Assembly (NCBI GenBank): GCA_036170655.1
Contig: JAVHPP010000140.1
Span: forward strand, 1-30,881
Length of the DNA stretch: 30,881 nucleotides
Origin: Candidatus Zixiibacteriota bacterium
GTDB lineage: Bacteria; Zixibacteria; MSB-5A5; WJJR01
Direction: 5' to 3'
In this document: piece after piece, positions 18,386 through 28,776 of the stretch
Layout: each line of letters opens with the position of its first letter
Position numbering within the stretch: position 1 is the first letter of the stretch
Notes under the pieces: generated by a model
Told to the model about the DNA's origin: nothing
The model's database searches: none
Seen by the model: only the letters and a program-made list of their open reading frames with translations
Position numbers and translations under genes: made by a program

Positions 18386-19204
18386 ATGTTGAGGACGCGC
18401 ACATCATCACGCCAAGGCGCCAAGATCGCCATGATTCTGGCGCTCTTGCTGCTGGCCGGCTGCGGGACACAGGTGCCCTCGGGGTATCATGGAGTCAAGT
18501 ACTTCGCGTTTGGCGATGGCACCGAGATGGGGAGAATCTACCCGGAAGGTTTTCAATGGCATCTGCCGTGGAACAGCATATACCTCTACAACACACGCAC
18601 CTCAGAAAACCAGGAAGTCCTGACGGTACTTTCATCGGATGGGGCGACCATCAACCTCGAAATTTCCCTCTGGTATCGGCCGATCATCAGCAAACTGGAC
18701 TCGCTGCAAATCACGATCGGGCCGGACTACTACAATGTGGTCATCGCCCCAGCGCTCCGGGGAGACGCACGGCGCATCGCCGGACGGTACACACCGGAGG
18801 AACTGTATTCCAGCAAACGCGATTCCATGGCGATCGCGCTGCTGGCATCCCTGCGGTTGCTGATGACCGACAAGTTCATTGAAATCGAAAATGTGATCTT
18901 CCGTGACGTCGGCCTCCCCAAGCCCATCTCCGACGCCATTAACGAGAAGCTGGCCGCGGAGCAGGCCGCCCAGCAGATGAAGTTCGTACTGGACCGGGAG
19001 CGCCAGGAAGCCGAACGCAAGCGGATTGAGGCGCAGGGAATCGCCGATTTTCAGAAGATTGTCTCCACCGGCCTCAACCCGATGCTTTTGCAATGGAAGG
19101 GGATTGAGGCCACCGAGAAGCTGGCCGGCTCACCGAACAGCAAGATTGTGGTGGTCGGCAACGCCAAGGATGGCTTGCCGCTGATACTGGGTGGAGGAAA
19201 CTAA
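18386..19204 (+). CDS. SPFH / prohibitin (band 7) family protein, probable lipoprotein
   Basis: RBS GAGGAGG; LLLLAGC; EGFQWHLPW, SSDG, EELYSSKR, AERKRIEAQG, WKGIEATEKLA. Confidence 0.92.
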   Translation: MLRTRTSSRQGAKIAMILALLLLAGCGTQVPSGYHGVKYFAFGDGTEMGRIYPEGFQWHLPWNSIYLYNTRTSENQEVLTVLSSDGATINLEISLWYRPIISKLDSLQITIGPDYYNVVIAPALRGDARRIAGRYTPEELYSSKRDSMAIALLASLRLLMTDKFIEIENVIFRDVGLPKPISDAINEKLAAEQAAQQMKFVLDRERQEAERKRIEAQGIADFQKIVSTGLNPMLLQWKGIEATEKLAGSPNSKIVVVGNAKDGLPLILGGGN

Positions 19205-19443
19205 GCCGGATCCGGCCGAATAGCAGCGCCGGGGGACCGATTTGCCCATAAGGTCACTCCCACAGGGTGGCCTTCCGCCCCGGTTGGATGGCTTTTTTGT
19301 ATACGGGGATCTTTGATCACGGCTTGACTGCGCCTTTCGCGCACAACACGCGTCAACGCTGCCCGAGCGTGGTTGTTCGCGCCCCTGCCCGCGCGATATC
19401 CAGGGCGGGGGTATCTTGTTTTCTGCAAGGTCAGACGCACGAC

Positions 19444-19471
19444 TTGACATCAGACGACTAACTGGTATATT
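19444..19471 (+). promoter_or_regulatory. Putative sigma70 promoter with extended -10
   Basis: TTGACA (19444-19449), 16 bp spacer, TGg-TATATT (19463-19471). Confidence 0.6.
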
Positions 19472-19537
19472 GATTACAAGGGCAGGTCACACCGAGTCGT
19501 TCCGATTCATTTGGCTCCGGAGCGATGGAGGGATTGC

Positions 19538-20848
19538 ATGAGGAAACTCAGAGACAGGGTTGTCTTCTGCGCTGTCGTCGTTCTTGTGATTGGCTGCTCC
19601 GGATCGACGGGGCCAAAGCAAGCGGCGACGCCGGCCGCTATCATCTCCATCGATACGATCGCCGTCCTGCCGGGCAGCGACGTTACGATCAACCTTCGGC
19701 TAGCACGGACGGAAGAGGCGAATGGTCCAAGACTGGACTCCCTCAGCGCGTTCGAGTTCCTCGCATGTTATGATGACGAATTCCTCGATTTTATGATATG
19801 CAACAAGGGGCCCGCCATCTCCCAGTGGGAGTACTTCACTTTTCGAACGATGAGCACGAGTCCCTGTTCCTCATGCGGTCTTCGATCAATAAGAGTTATC
19901 GCCATGAGAGATCTCAATAATGGTGTGGCGCCTGATCCCCCGCAGTACTTCCCGGAGGGAGTTCTGGCAACACTCAGCTTCTTTGTATCGGGGGACTTTG
20001 CCGCCCGGGGGACGGTTGCCCGCGTCGGCTTCTGCCTCCAGTCGTGCCGTGACAACACAATGACCCCGGTCGCGGGAAATGGGGAGATGCTGTACGCACC
20101 AGACACAACGCTGGGGCAGATTCTCCACATGAGTGGCTACGACACGATCACCTGTCCCCAGTTCAGCCGTTCGCCCGCAATCGAGTTCCGTGGCGGGTGG
20201 ATACGGATCGAAGACCCCTCGCGTCCTCTGCGAGGTGACGTTGATCTCAACCGGATCGCCTATGAGGTCCACGACGCTGAAATATTCTCGAATTACTTTT
20301 CCGTGGGATACGCAGCCTTCGATCCGGAGAAGGCATCAGAGCAGATCGCAGCAACCGACTGCGATGGCAATGGCGAACCTCTTACCCGTGCCGATTTGGG
20401 GGTCATGATTCGGACTATCACTGGGGAAGATCCCCTCGGGGACAGTCTTTCGGTGCCCTATAAAGACACGTTGATGATCTATCCCAGACGCGAGGGGGAC
20501 CGGTGGATTCTCTCCTGCGCGTCGACAATCCAACTCGACGAACTTTGGCTGCGGATCGTGCCGCCGGGGGCACCAGGAATACTCATTCATTACTTGGACG
20601 ATCCTGCGGTGGTGGTGTCCTCATCCAGTGTGGAGTACTGGCTTCTCGTTGCCTGTGGCACCGTGGAGGGAAGGCAGATATTCGGCCCGGAGCGACGTGA
20701 TCGGTTCGAGATCCAAGGTTACAGTGGTGATTGGCTTAGCGTTGTGGCGCAAGCGTCGCGATACCCCGGCGTGTCGATGACGGTTCGCGTGGTTCAACCT
20801 GTCAATGGCACGGGTCAGATGATGACTGTCGGAGGGATGGCGCAGTAG
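19538..20848 (+). CDS. Lipoprotein with cohesin-like and degenerate dockerin-like modules
   Basis: RBS GGAGG; lipobox LVIGC; cohesin-like PGSDVTINL...AFEFLACYD...WEYFTFR...GVLATLSFFV. Segment 20234-20425 (GDVDLN...FSNYF...QIAATDCDGNGEPLTRADL...IRTITG) aligns with the dockerin-like module of the 6299 gene. Confidence 0.72.
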   Translation: MRKLRDRVVFCAVVVLVIGCSGSTGPKQAATPAAIISIDTIAVLPGSDVTINLRLARTEEANGPRLDSLSAFEFLACYDDEFLDFMICNKGPAISQWEYFTFRTMSTSPCSSCGLRSIRVIAMRDLNNGVAPDPPQYFPEGVLATLSFFVSGDFAARGTVARVGFCLQSCRDNTMTPVAGNGEMLYAPDTTLGQILHMSGYDTITCPQFSRSPAIEFRGGWIRIEDPSRPLRGDVDLNRIAYEVHDAEIFSNYFSVGYAAFDPEKASEQIAATDCDGNGEPLTRADLGVMIRTITGEDPLGDSLSVPYKDTLMIYPRREGDRWILSCASTIQLDELWLRIVPPGAPGILIHYLDDPAVVVSSSSVEYWLLVACGTVEGRQIFGPERRDRFEIQGYSGDWLSVVAQASRYPGVSMTVRVVQPVNGTGQMMTVGGMAQ

Positions 20849-20897
20849 CCGGCGTGCCACGGTACGCCGGATGCGGCGACATGTCGCCGCACTCCAA
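20845..20897. repeat. Two REP-like palindromes between convergent genes
   Basis: gtag-ccggcgtgcc-ac-ggtacgccgg and gcggcgacatgtcgccgc-actccaa. Confidence 0.6.
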
Positions 20898-20912
20898 GGG
20901 CCGCCGCTGCAG

Positions 20913-21476
20913 CTATCCGGCCGCGCGTTCGAGGTATTCCTTGGTGCGCGTATCGACTTTCACTTTGTCGCCGACTTTGATGAAGAGCGGGACTTTGACC
21001 TGAAGGCCCGTGGCGAGTTTGGCGCCCTTGGTCAGGTTGGAGACCGAGTCGCCTTTGACGCCGGGTTCGCACTCCACCACTTCCAGGATCACCGAACTGG
21101 GCAGGTCCAGCGAAATGGGGTTGCCCTCGAAGAACGAGATCCGGTAGTCGGAGTTTTCCATGAGGAAATCGGCATACCCGGCCGTCTGTTCGGCGCGCAG
21201 GGCAATCTGCTCGAACGTTTTGTTGTCCATAAAGTGCCATTCCGAACCATCGGTGTACATGAACTGCATCGAGCGCTGCTCGAAATCGGGCTCGTCGAAG
21301 GTCTCGCCCGAGGCGAAGATTCTCTCCAGCATCTGGCCGGTCTTGATGTTGCGCAGTTTGGTGGTCACTTTGGAGCGTCGCTGCGCGGTGCGCGCGTTCT
21401 GAAAATCGACGATCTCCCAGAGTTCGCCCTCGATTTTGATCTTCCTGCCCTTGCGGAAATCGCTGGTTGAAATCAT
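20913..21476 (-). CDS. efp: Translation elongation factor P
   Basis: DFRKG, KLRNIKTG, FMDNKTFEQ, PGVKGDS, KVPLFIKVGDKVKVDTR, YLER; atypical loop RTAQRR. Confidence 0.96.
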   Translation of the reverse strand: MISTSDFRKGRKIKIEGELWEIVDFQNARTAQRRSKVTTKLRNIKTGQMLERIFASGETFDEPDFEQRSMQFMYTDGSEWHFMDNKTFEQIALRAEQTAGYADFLMENSDYRISFFEGNPISLDLPSSVILEVVECEPGVKGDSVSNLTKGAKLATGLQVKVPLFIKVGDKVKVDTRTKEYLERAAG

Positions 21477-21630
21477 CGGTCAGTTCTCCATCGTCTGATT
21501 GTTCAGTGCGGACGGGATGCATCAGCCCGGGATCCGCAAACGGACAATATATGCAGATTCCGCCCGTTTTGCCCGGAAAAATAAGCCCGCATCCGTTGGT
21601 TATCGACGCGCGTGCACAAAAGAAAGTGGA

Positions 21631-21714
21631 GGGCACACACAGGGGTGTGCCCCTGCACCTGAGGGAGAGAGAGCGCCGACAACAAGAAGGGCAACCCAGG
21701 GGGGGCGCCCCTAC
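21631..21714 (-). repeat. Two GTAG/GCAG-type REP-like palindromes
   Basis: gggcacacacaggggtgtgcccctgc (21631-21656) and gggcaacccagggggggcgcccctac (21689-21714). Confidence 0.65.
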
Positions 21715-21738
21715 AAGTGAACGTGTGATCTTTCGCCT

Positions 21739-23004
21739 TTAGAGATTGCGGATGATCCGGTCCGCATAGGCGGCGGTGCCAACTTTCTGGGCGCCCTCCA
21801 TCTGACGCGCGAGGTCGTAGGTGACAATCTTCTCGCGGATGGTCTTGGCCAGCGCGGCCTCAATCATCTCCCCCGCCTTCTGCCAGCCCATGTACTCCAG
21901 CATCATCACCGAGGAGAGGATCAGAGATCCCGGGTTGAGCATATCCTTGTCGGTGTATTTTGGCGCGGTGCCGTGAGTCGCTTCAAACAATCCGATAAAA
22001 TCGCCCATGTTGGCGCCAGGGGCCATCCCCAAGCCGCCGACCTGTGCGGCGCAGGCGTCGGAGAGGTAGTCGCCATTCAGGTTAGGTGTGGCGACGACAT
22101 CGTACTCTTCGGGGCGCAACAGCACCTGCTGGAACATGGAGTCGGCGATCCGGTCCTTGATGACGATCAAACCTTCCGGCGCCTTGCCGTTGTACTTGGC
22201 GGTCACCTCGGCCTCGGTGATCGTCTGGCCACCGAATTCTTTCTTCGCCAGCGCATATCCCCAGTCACGAAAAGCGCCTTCGGTGTATTTCATGATGTTG
22301 CCTTTGTGTACGAGAGTCACCGAGGGACGTTTGTGGTCGAGGGCGTACTGGATGGCCTTGCGCATCAGACGCTGTGTGCCCGTCGCCGACATGGGCTTGA
22401 TGCCAACGCCGGAATCGGAGCGGATTTTGACTTTGAGTTTGTCGTGGAGAAACTTGAGGAGGCTCTTTGCCTCTTTGCTGCCTTTCGGCCATTCAATGCC
22501 GGAGTAGACATCTTCGGTATTTTCACGGTAAATGACGATGTTCATCCTCTCCGGATGCGTGACCGGCGCGGGGACACCGGGGTAGTATTTCACCGGACGC
22601 ACACAGGCATAGAGGTTCATCGTCTGACGCATGGCCACGTTGAGACTGCGGAAACCGCCGCCGACCGGCGTGGTTAGCGGTCCCTTGAGCGCCACCAAGT
22701 ATGTCTTGATCGCCTTGATCGTGTCGGCCGGGAGAATGTCCTCGTAGAACCGGAGGGCGTTCTCGCCGGCATAGACATCAAACCAGACGATACGTTTCTG
22801 GCCAGCGAATGACTTCTGGACAGCAGCGTCGACCACGCGGCGTGTCGCCTTCATGATGTCGCGGCCGCTGCCATCTCCCTCGATCACGGGAATGATGGGG
22901 TTGTCCGGCACGACGAGTTTGCCGCCGGCGATCTTAATCGCTGTGCCGTCAGCCGGTGGCGTGAGCTTGGAAAACTTCGGAATAGCAGTCTTTCCTGTTG
23001 GCAT
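21739..23004 (-). CDS. icd: Isocitrate dehydrogenase (NADP-dependent, E. coli type)
   Basis: [65 protein letters not shown]. Start ATG 23004. Confidence 0.97.
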   Translation of the reverse strand: MPTGKTAIPKFSKLTPPADGTAIKIAGGKLVVPDNPIIPVIEGDGSGRDIMKATRRVVDAAVQKSFAGQKRIVWFDVYAGENALRFYEDILPADTIKAIKTYLVALKGPLTTPVGGGFRSLNVAMRQTMNLYACVRPVKYYPGVPAPVTHPERMNIVIYRENTEDVYSGIEWPKGSKEAKSLLKFLHDKLKVKIRSDSGVGIKPMSATGTQRLMRKAIQYALDHKRPSVTLVHKGNIMKYTEGAFRDWGYALAKKEFGGQTITEAEVTAKYNGKAPEGLIVIKDRIADSMFQQVLLRPEEYDVVATPNLNGDYLSDACAAQVGGLGMAPGANMGDFIGLFEATHGTAPKYTDKDMLNPGSLILSSVMMLEYMGWQKAGEMIEAALAKTIREKIVTYDLARQMEGAQKVGTAAYADRIIRNL

Positions 23005-23040
23005 GATTGGTTCCTCGCTATTTCGCCGTGGCTTCGGGAG

Positions 23041-23065
23041 GGCAAGGGGCTGAAAGCCCCTTGCC
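23041..23065. repeat. Perfect 11-bp-stem hairpin between mdh and icd
   Basis: ggcaaggggct-gaa-agccccttgcc. Confidence 0.6.
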
Positions 23066-23080
23066 TGAACAGAACTTGGT

Positions 23081-24007
23081 TTACTTCGGCAGACCGGCGA
23101 TAATTCCCTTGTAGACACCCGCGGATTTCTGCAGGGCTTCCAGCTCGCTTTTCTCGAGCTTCAACTCGTGAATCTTCTCGACTCCCTTGGCGCCCAGGGT
23201 CACGGGTACGCCGATGAAGACATCTTTCAGACCGTATTGGCCATCCAGGTAGGCCGAAGCCGCCAGAATGGTCTTCCGGTCGTTGAGAATCGCATCGACC
23301 ATCTTGACGGTCGCCGACGCAGGAGCGTAGTAGGCCGATCCGGTCTTCAGCAGTTTGACAATTTCGGCGCCACCGTCGCGCGTGCGCGCGGCAATGGCGT
23401 CGATGCGTTCTTTGGACATGAGCTCGGTAATCGGGATGCCGGCCACCGTGGTGTAACGGGGCAGCGGCACCATCGAGTCACCGTGACCACCCAGGACCAT
23501 CGCCTGTGTTTCGGACATCGCGCATCCCAGTTCCATGGCCACAAAAGCGCGGAAGCGGATCGAATCGAGCACGCCGGCCTGACCGCAGACCATGTTCTTG
23601 GTCATCCCGGATTTCTTCCAGGCGCGGTAGGTCATGACGTCGAGGGGATTGGAGACGACAACGATCATTGTGTTCGGGCAATGGGCATTGATGCCGGCCA
23701 TGACGGAATCCATGATCTGGATGTTGGTGTTGAGCAGATCCTCGCGGCTCATGCCCGGCTTGCGGGCAATGCCGGCGGTGACCACAACCAACGATGATCC
23801 CGACGCGGCGGCATAGTCATTGGCGCCTTCGATCCGGACATCGTACCCGCGCACTGGACCGGCCTGCAGGAGGTCGAGCGCCTTCCCCTGCGGCATCCCT
23901 TCGACAACATCGATCAATGTCACATCACACAGATTGCCCTCGGCGAGGTATTGCGCGCAGGCGGCACCGACATTCCCGGCGCCCACAACGGTGACTTTCT
24001 TTCGCAT
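23081..24007 (-). CDS. mdh: Malate dehydrogenase (LDH-like)
   Basis: [49 protein letters not shown]. Confidence 0.97.
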   Translation of the reverse strand: MRKKVTVVGAGNVGAACAQYLAEGNLCDVTLIDVVEGMPQGKALDLLQAGPVRGYDVRIEGANDYAAASGSSLVVVTAGIARKPGMSREDLLNTNIQIMDSVMAGINAHCPNTMIVVVSNPLDVMTYRAWKKSGMTKNMVCGQAGVLDSIRFRAFVAMELGCAMSETQAMVLGGHGDSMVPLPRYTTVAGIPITELMSKERIDAIAARTRDGGAEIVKLLKTGSAYYAPASATVKMVDAILNDRKTILAASAYLDGQYGLKDVFIGVPVTLGAKGVEKIHELKLEKSELEALQKSAGVYKGIIAGLPK

Positions 24008-24087
24008 CGCTTCTCTCCTTCCCGGTATCGTTCGTGTTCTCTCACTTCACCATGATCAGAAAAACAGATTCTTCACCACGGCATCCC

Positions 24088-25356
24088 TCAGGACGATGAT
24101 GCGTCAGATGTGTCGAGATCCAGCGCCGTGACCGCGGCATCCTCGACCACCAGCACCCTGGCGGGAGTCTCCACATGCGCGACGGCATCTCGGATCGCGT
24201 CGTCGAGATTGGCATACGCCTCGAAACCGTAACGCCGCACTTCCGCCGCCGGCATGTCCGTGACCGCCATCAGGTGGTACCGTGAGGTCGCGCGGGCCGT
24301 GCGCACAAACTTGTGCAAGCCCAGAGTGTAGGGTCGGTTCGCCAGGGCGGGCCATTGAGATTGATCGGGAAACATTTCACACATCGTCTTGTAGAACGGC
24401 GACCCCACCCCTTCCCGACACGGCGCCGTAAAGATCAAGACCCCGTTGTCGCGTACGGCGATCTGACTCAGTTCCCAGCCCTTGAAGGCCTGATAGAGAT
24501 TGATGTCCAAGGGCGGATGGACCGCCGACAGAATGATATCATAACGCTGTGTCAGTTCGACGGCATAATACTTTCGTGCCGCATGGCAGGCCATCTCAAA
24601 GGTTTTGTCAATATCGCCGGCAAAGGCGGCCGCGATGCGGTTTTCCCGGTCGAGCACGACCTGGAGCGCCCAGAGACGATCCGGCCCCAAGAACGCTGTA
24701 TTCTTGTGAATAAATTCGCGCACCGGATTGCCATGCACACGCAGGGGCGCGGCTGCGAGCGTGACGGCGCCAGCATGGGACCGCTCGATGGTCCGGCGCC
24801 CGGCCAGACCGGGGATGATGGACTTGCGTCCCCCCGTATATCCCGCAAAGAAGTGCGGCTCGACCGAATTGAGAGCAATGACACGGTCGGCATCTGCCAG
24901 CGCGCGGTTCACTTCGACGGGACCACCAGCCGCGGGAATGCTGACCAGCGACGCATCGTCGTAGCCATTGTGAACGAGGACACGCGACCGCACAAGGTCG
25001 AGCGTGTCTCCGAAGATGGCGTGCATCTCCGTATCGGAGGGGGCACGGTGCAGGCCGGTGGCGACGATGACACGCCAATTGGGCAATTGCGAAAGCGATG
25101 GCAGGATAACGCCAAGTAGCCGGGACGTCGGCGTCGAACGGGTCGCGTCATTGACGACAACAAGTGGCCGATGGGCTCCGGCGAGAAAGTGCTCGACGGG
25201 CAGCGCGGCCAACGGATCGTTCAGAGCGTCGCATAGTATTCCCACTTCGTCAGGGTTCTCAGATGGTCTGCGACCGACAACCTCGACGGTGCATCCCGCC
25301 GGGAAGCGCGCCATGAGCGTGCGGTCGCCGTAGCGTATGGGAATGTTGTCGGTCAT
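24088..25356 (-). CDS. larA: Nickel-pincer-dependent lactate racemase (LarA) family alpha-hydroxyacid racemase/epimerase
   Basis: VNDATRSTP, ATGLHR, EPHFFAGYTGGRKSIIPG, NLYQAFKG, CREGVG. Start ATG 25356 with RBS GGGGAG. Substrate not determined. Confidence 0.88.
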   Translation of the reverse strand: MTDNIPIRYGDRTLMARFPAGCTVEVVGRRPSENPDEVGILCDALNDPLAALPVEHFLAGAHRPLVVVNDATRSTPTSRLLGVILPSLSQLPNWRVIVATGLHRAPSDTEMHAIFGDTLDLVRSRVLVHNGYDDASLVSIPAAGGPVEVNRALADADRVIALNSVEPHFFAGYTGGRKSIIPGLAGRRTIERSHAGAVTLAAAPLRVHGNPVREFIHKNTAFLGPDRLWALQVVLDRENRIAAAFAGDIDKTFEMACHAARKYYAVELTQRYDIILSAVHPPLDINLYQAFKGWELSQIAVRDNGVLIFTAPCREGVGSPFYKTMCEMFPDQSQWPALANRPYTLGLHKFVRTARATSRYHLMAVTDMPAAEVRRYGFEAYANLDDAIRDAVAHVETPARVLVVEDAAVTALDLDTSDASSS

Positions 25357-25467
25357 CGAAGTCTCCCCGTCCGTGAATATAGGCACGCGCGGGGCGGACA
25401 TAAAGCGAGTGTGCCGGATCGTTGACGCATTTTGACGGTGAAACCGTGGCTTTGGCACATCGCGATA

Positions 25468-25495
25468 TAGGCGTGGGTCTCAGACCCGCCCCTAC
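25468..25495 (-). repeat. GTAG-type REP-like palindrome
   Basis: Reverse complement gtaggggcgggtctgagacccacgccta; matches 8624-8650. Confidence 0.7.
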
Positions 25496-25580
25496 GGACC
25501 GTCCATTCACAAACTTCATTTTGATGTCTACCGACGGGGTCGGGGAGGATTGAGGGGTGGTGAGACGCTGCTCACCGTGG

Positions 25581-25647
25581 TGGACGACATGGACAAAGTG
25601 GACACAGGGGACTCGGATCTATGTCCACTTTGTCCATTCTGTCCATT
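25581..25647. repeat. Inverted pair of 9-bp tandem arrays
   Basis: (tggacnnnn) x3 facing (tgtccannn) x3; perfect 16-bp IR at 25589-25604 / 25622-25637. Confidence 0.75.
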
Positions 25648-25651
25648 GAAT

Positions 25652-26059
25652 TCATCTCGATTCCGGGAAGAAGAACACAATCTCCTTCGCCGCATTGTCC
25701 ACTGAATCCGACGCGTGCACCGAGTTCTTCTCCACATCCAAGGCGAGGTCGCAGCGGAGAGTGCCGCAGGCGGCTTTCTTGGGGTCGGTGGCGCCGATCA
25801 GGGCGCGCAGGTCAGCGACGGCGTTTTCTTTTTCGAGGATCATCGGCACGATGGAGCCGGAGGACATGAAGCGGCATAGTGAGTCGAGGAATGGTTTGCC
25901 CTCGTGGACGGCGTAGAATTGGCGGGCGCGTTCGGGGGTCAGGCGCAGCATTTGCAAGGCGCGGATCGTGAAGCCGGACTTTTCGACACGCCGGAGGATT
26001 TCGCCGATGAGGTTGCGTTCAGTGGCGTCGGGTTTGATGATCATCAGGGTGCGTTCCAA
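25652..26059 (-). CDS. ndk: Nucleoside diphosphate kinase
   Basis: ERTLMIIKPDA, FYAVHEGKPF, IGATDP, GTLR, NSVHASDS; TTG start. Confidence 0.97.
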   Translation of the reverse strand: MERTLMIIKPDATERNLIGEILRRVEKSGFTIRALQMLRLTPERARQFYAVHEGKPFLDSLCRFMSSGSIVPMILEKENAVADLRALIGATDPKKAACGTLRCDLALDVEKNSVHASDSVDNAAKEIVFFFPESR

Positions 26060-26079
26060 GGGGTCGTCCTTCCTATGCT

Positions 26080-26161
26080 GAGATTGCTTCGCTACGCTCG
26101 CAATGACCGCTATGGGGAAAACTGTGGGCTAAAAAAGAGGGCGCACGCCGTGCGCCCCTAC
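26080..26161 (-). repeat. REP-like palindromes between sucD and ndk
   Basis: gagattgcttcgctacgctcgcaatgac (26080-26107) and gggcgcacgccgtgcgcccctac (26139-26161). Confidence 0.6.
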
Positions 26162-26240
26162 GAATCTACCTTTATTCTTCATCTCTTCGAGTACGGCAAT
26201 TGACATCCCTTGTATCGCTTCTGCTGGCATGCTCTGCCGC

Positions 26241-27419
<1,179 letters not shown>

Positions 27420-27449
27420 GGAATATCTCCGTTGGTTCCGTTATCGAAA

Positions 27450-27471
27450 GGCGCACGCCGCACGCCCCTGC
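27450..27471 (-). repeat. Degenerate REP-like copy between sucC and sucD
   Basis: ggcgcacgccgcacgcccctgc, related to 26139-26161. Confidence 0.55.
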
Positions 27472-27480
27472 CAGTCAATC

Positions 27481-28620
27481 CTATGCGGCCTTGGCCGCCA
27501 GCTCGATGGCGCGCTTCACGACTTCTTCCATGCCCGGCGCCACGGGCAGCCCCACCTTGCCCAAAATCTCATGCGCCCTGGCCTCATTGGTGCCGGTCAG
27601 GCGCACGACAATTGGCACTTTCGGTTTCAACTCGTTGACCGCTTTGACAATGCCCTGCGCGACATCGTCGCAGCGGGTGATCCCACCGAAGATGTTGAAC
27701 AGGATCGAACGCACGTTGTGGTCGCGCAGGATGATGCGCATCGCGGCGATGACCTTGTCCGGGTTGGATGATCCGCCGATGTCGAGGAAGTTGGCCGGTT
27801 CGGCGCCGCAGCGTTTCACGAGATCCATGGTCGCCATCGCCAGCCCGGCGCCATTGACGACACAGCCGATCGTGCCATCGAGTTTGACAAACGAGAGATG
27901 ATTGGCCTTGGCTTCGCGTTCGGCCGGGTCTTCGGCTTCGGAATCAAGCAACGCATTCCACTCAGGATGACGAAAGTCAGCGTTATCATCGAAATTGACC
28001 TTGGCATCAACGGCAGTCACCTCGCCGGATGGCGTGACAACGAGGGGATTGATCTCGACCAGCGAGCAATCATTGGCCCAGAAGACCTTCACGAGTTTGA
28101 CAATGATATCTGCGGCCTGCTTCGAAACCGCGGGATCGTCGTAGACGGTGAATGCCAGACGCCGTGCATGGAAGGGGTAGATCTCCAAGAGCGGGTCGAT
28201 CGGCAATTTCACGATCTTCTCGGGAAACCGCTTGGCGACTTCCTCGATGTCCATACCGCCGGCGGCGGAGACAATCAGGACGGGACGTTTGAGGGCGCGG
28301 TCGATCACGACTCCAACATAGGCCTCGGAGGCAATTTCGACGGCTTGGGTCACGAGGACTTTGCGCACGGTCAGCCCTTTGATATCCATTCCCAGAATCT
28401 CACCGGCGATGCGTTCGGCTTCATCGGGTGTTCGCGCCAGTTTCACGCCGCCGGCCTTGCCGCGCCCGCCAACCAAGACCTGTGCCTTGACGACCACAGT
28501 CTTGCCAATGGACTCGGCGATGGCGCGCGCCTCTTGCGGGGTCGATGCCACCTGACCCTTGGGGACCGGGATTCCAGCAGCGGCGAAAATCTCTTTGGCT
28601 TGGTATTCGTGAATCTTCAT
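27481..28620 (-). CDS. sucC: Succinate--CoA ligase beta subunit (ADP-forming)
   Basis: MKIHEYQAK, KAQVLVGGRGKAGGV, EINPL, NGAGLAMATMD, NFLDIGG, NIFGGI, VRLTGTN. Confidence 0.97.
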   Translation of the reverse strand: MKIHEYQAKEIFAAAGIPVPKGQVASTPQEARAIAESIGKTVVVKAQVLVGGRGKAGGVKLARTPDEAERIAGEILGMDIKGLTVRKVLVTQAVEIASEAYVGVVIDRALKRPVLIVSAAGGMDIEEVAKRFPEKIVKLPIDPLLEIYPFHARRLAFTVYDDPAVSKQAADIIVKLVKVFWANDCSLVEINPLVVTPSGEVTAVDAKVNFDDNADFRHPEWNALLDSEAEDPAEREAKANHLSFVKLDGTIGCVVNGAGLAMATMDLVKRCGAEPANFLDIGGSSNPDKVIAAMRIILRDHNVRSILFNIFGGITRCDDVAQGIVKAVNELKPKVPIVVRLTGTNEARAHEILGKVGLPVAPGMEEVVKRAIELAAKAA

Positions 28621-28776
28621 GTCGTGTCCCCACTTGTTTCCGTGCTGCGACAAACGGTCAAGACAAGGCGCCGATCACAAAGAGCGGGCGGCCCGACCGA
28701 GCAGCAGACGGAATGTATGGCGGAGATTCGCTGGCGACAACAGGAAATCACGTCAAACGACAAACGGCGACCGGAG

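Noticed and set aside
19212..19250. c-di-AMP (ydaO) riboswitch look-alike (gccgaat...gggggacc)
   Set aside because: The downstream conserved blocks are absent.
21641..21732. TPP riboswitch look-alike (ggggtg...ctgag...accc...tgatc)
   Set aside because: Wrong strand for the flanking genes, the 3' consensus is missing, and REP-like palindromes explain the sequence.
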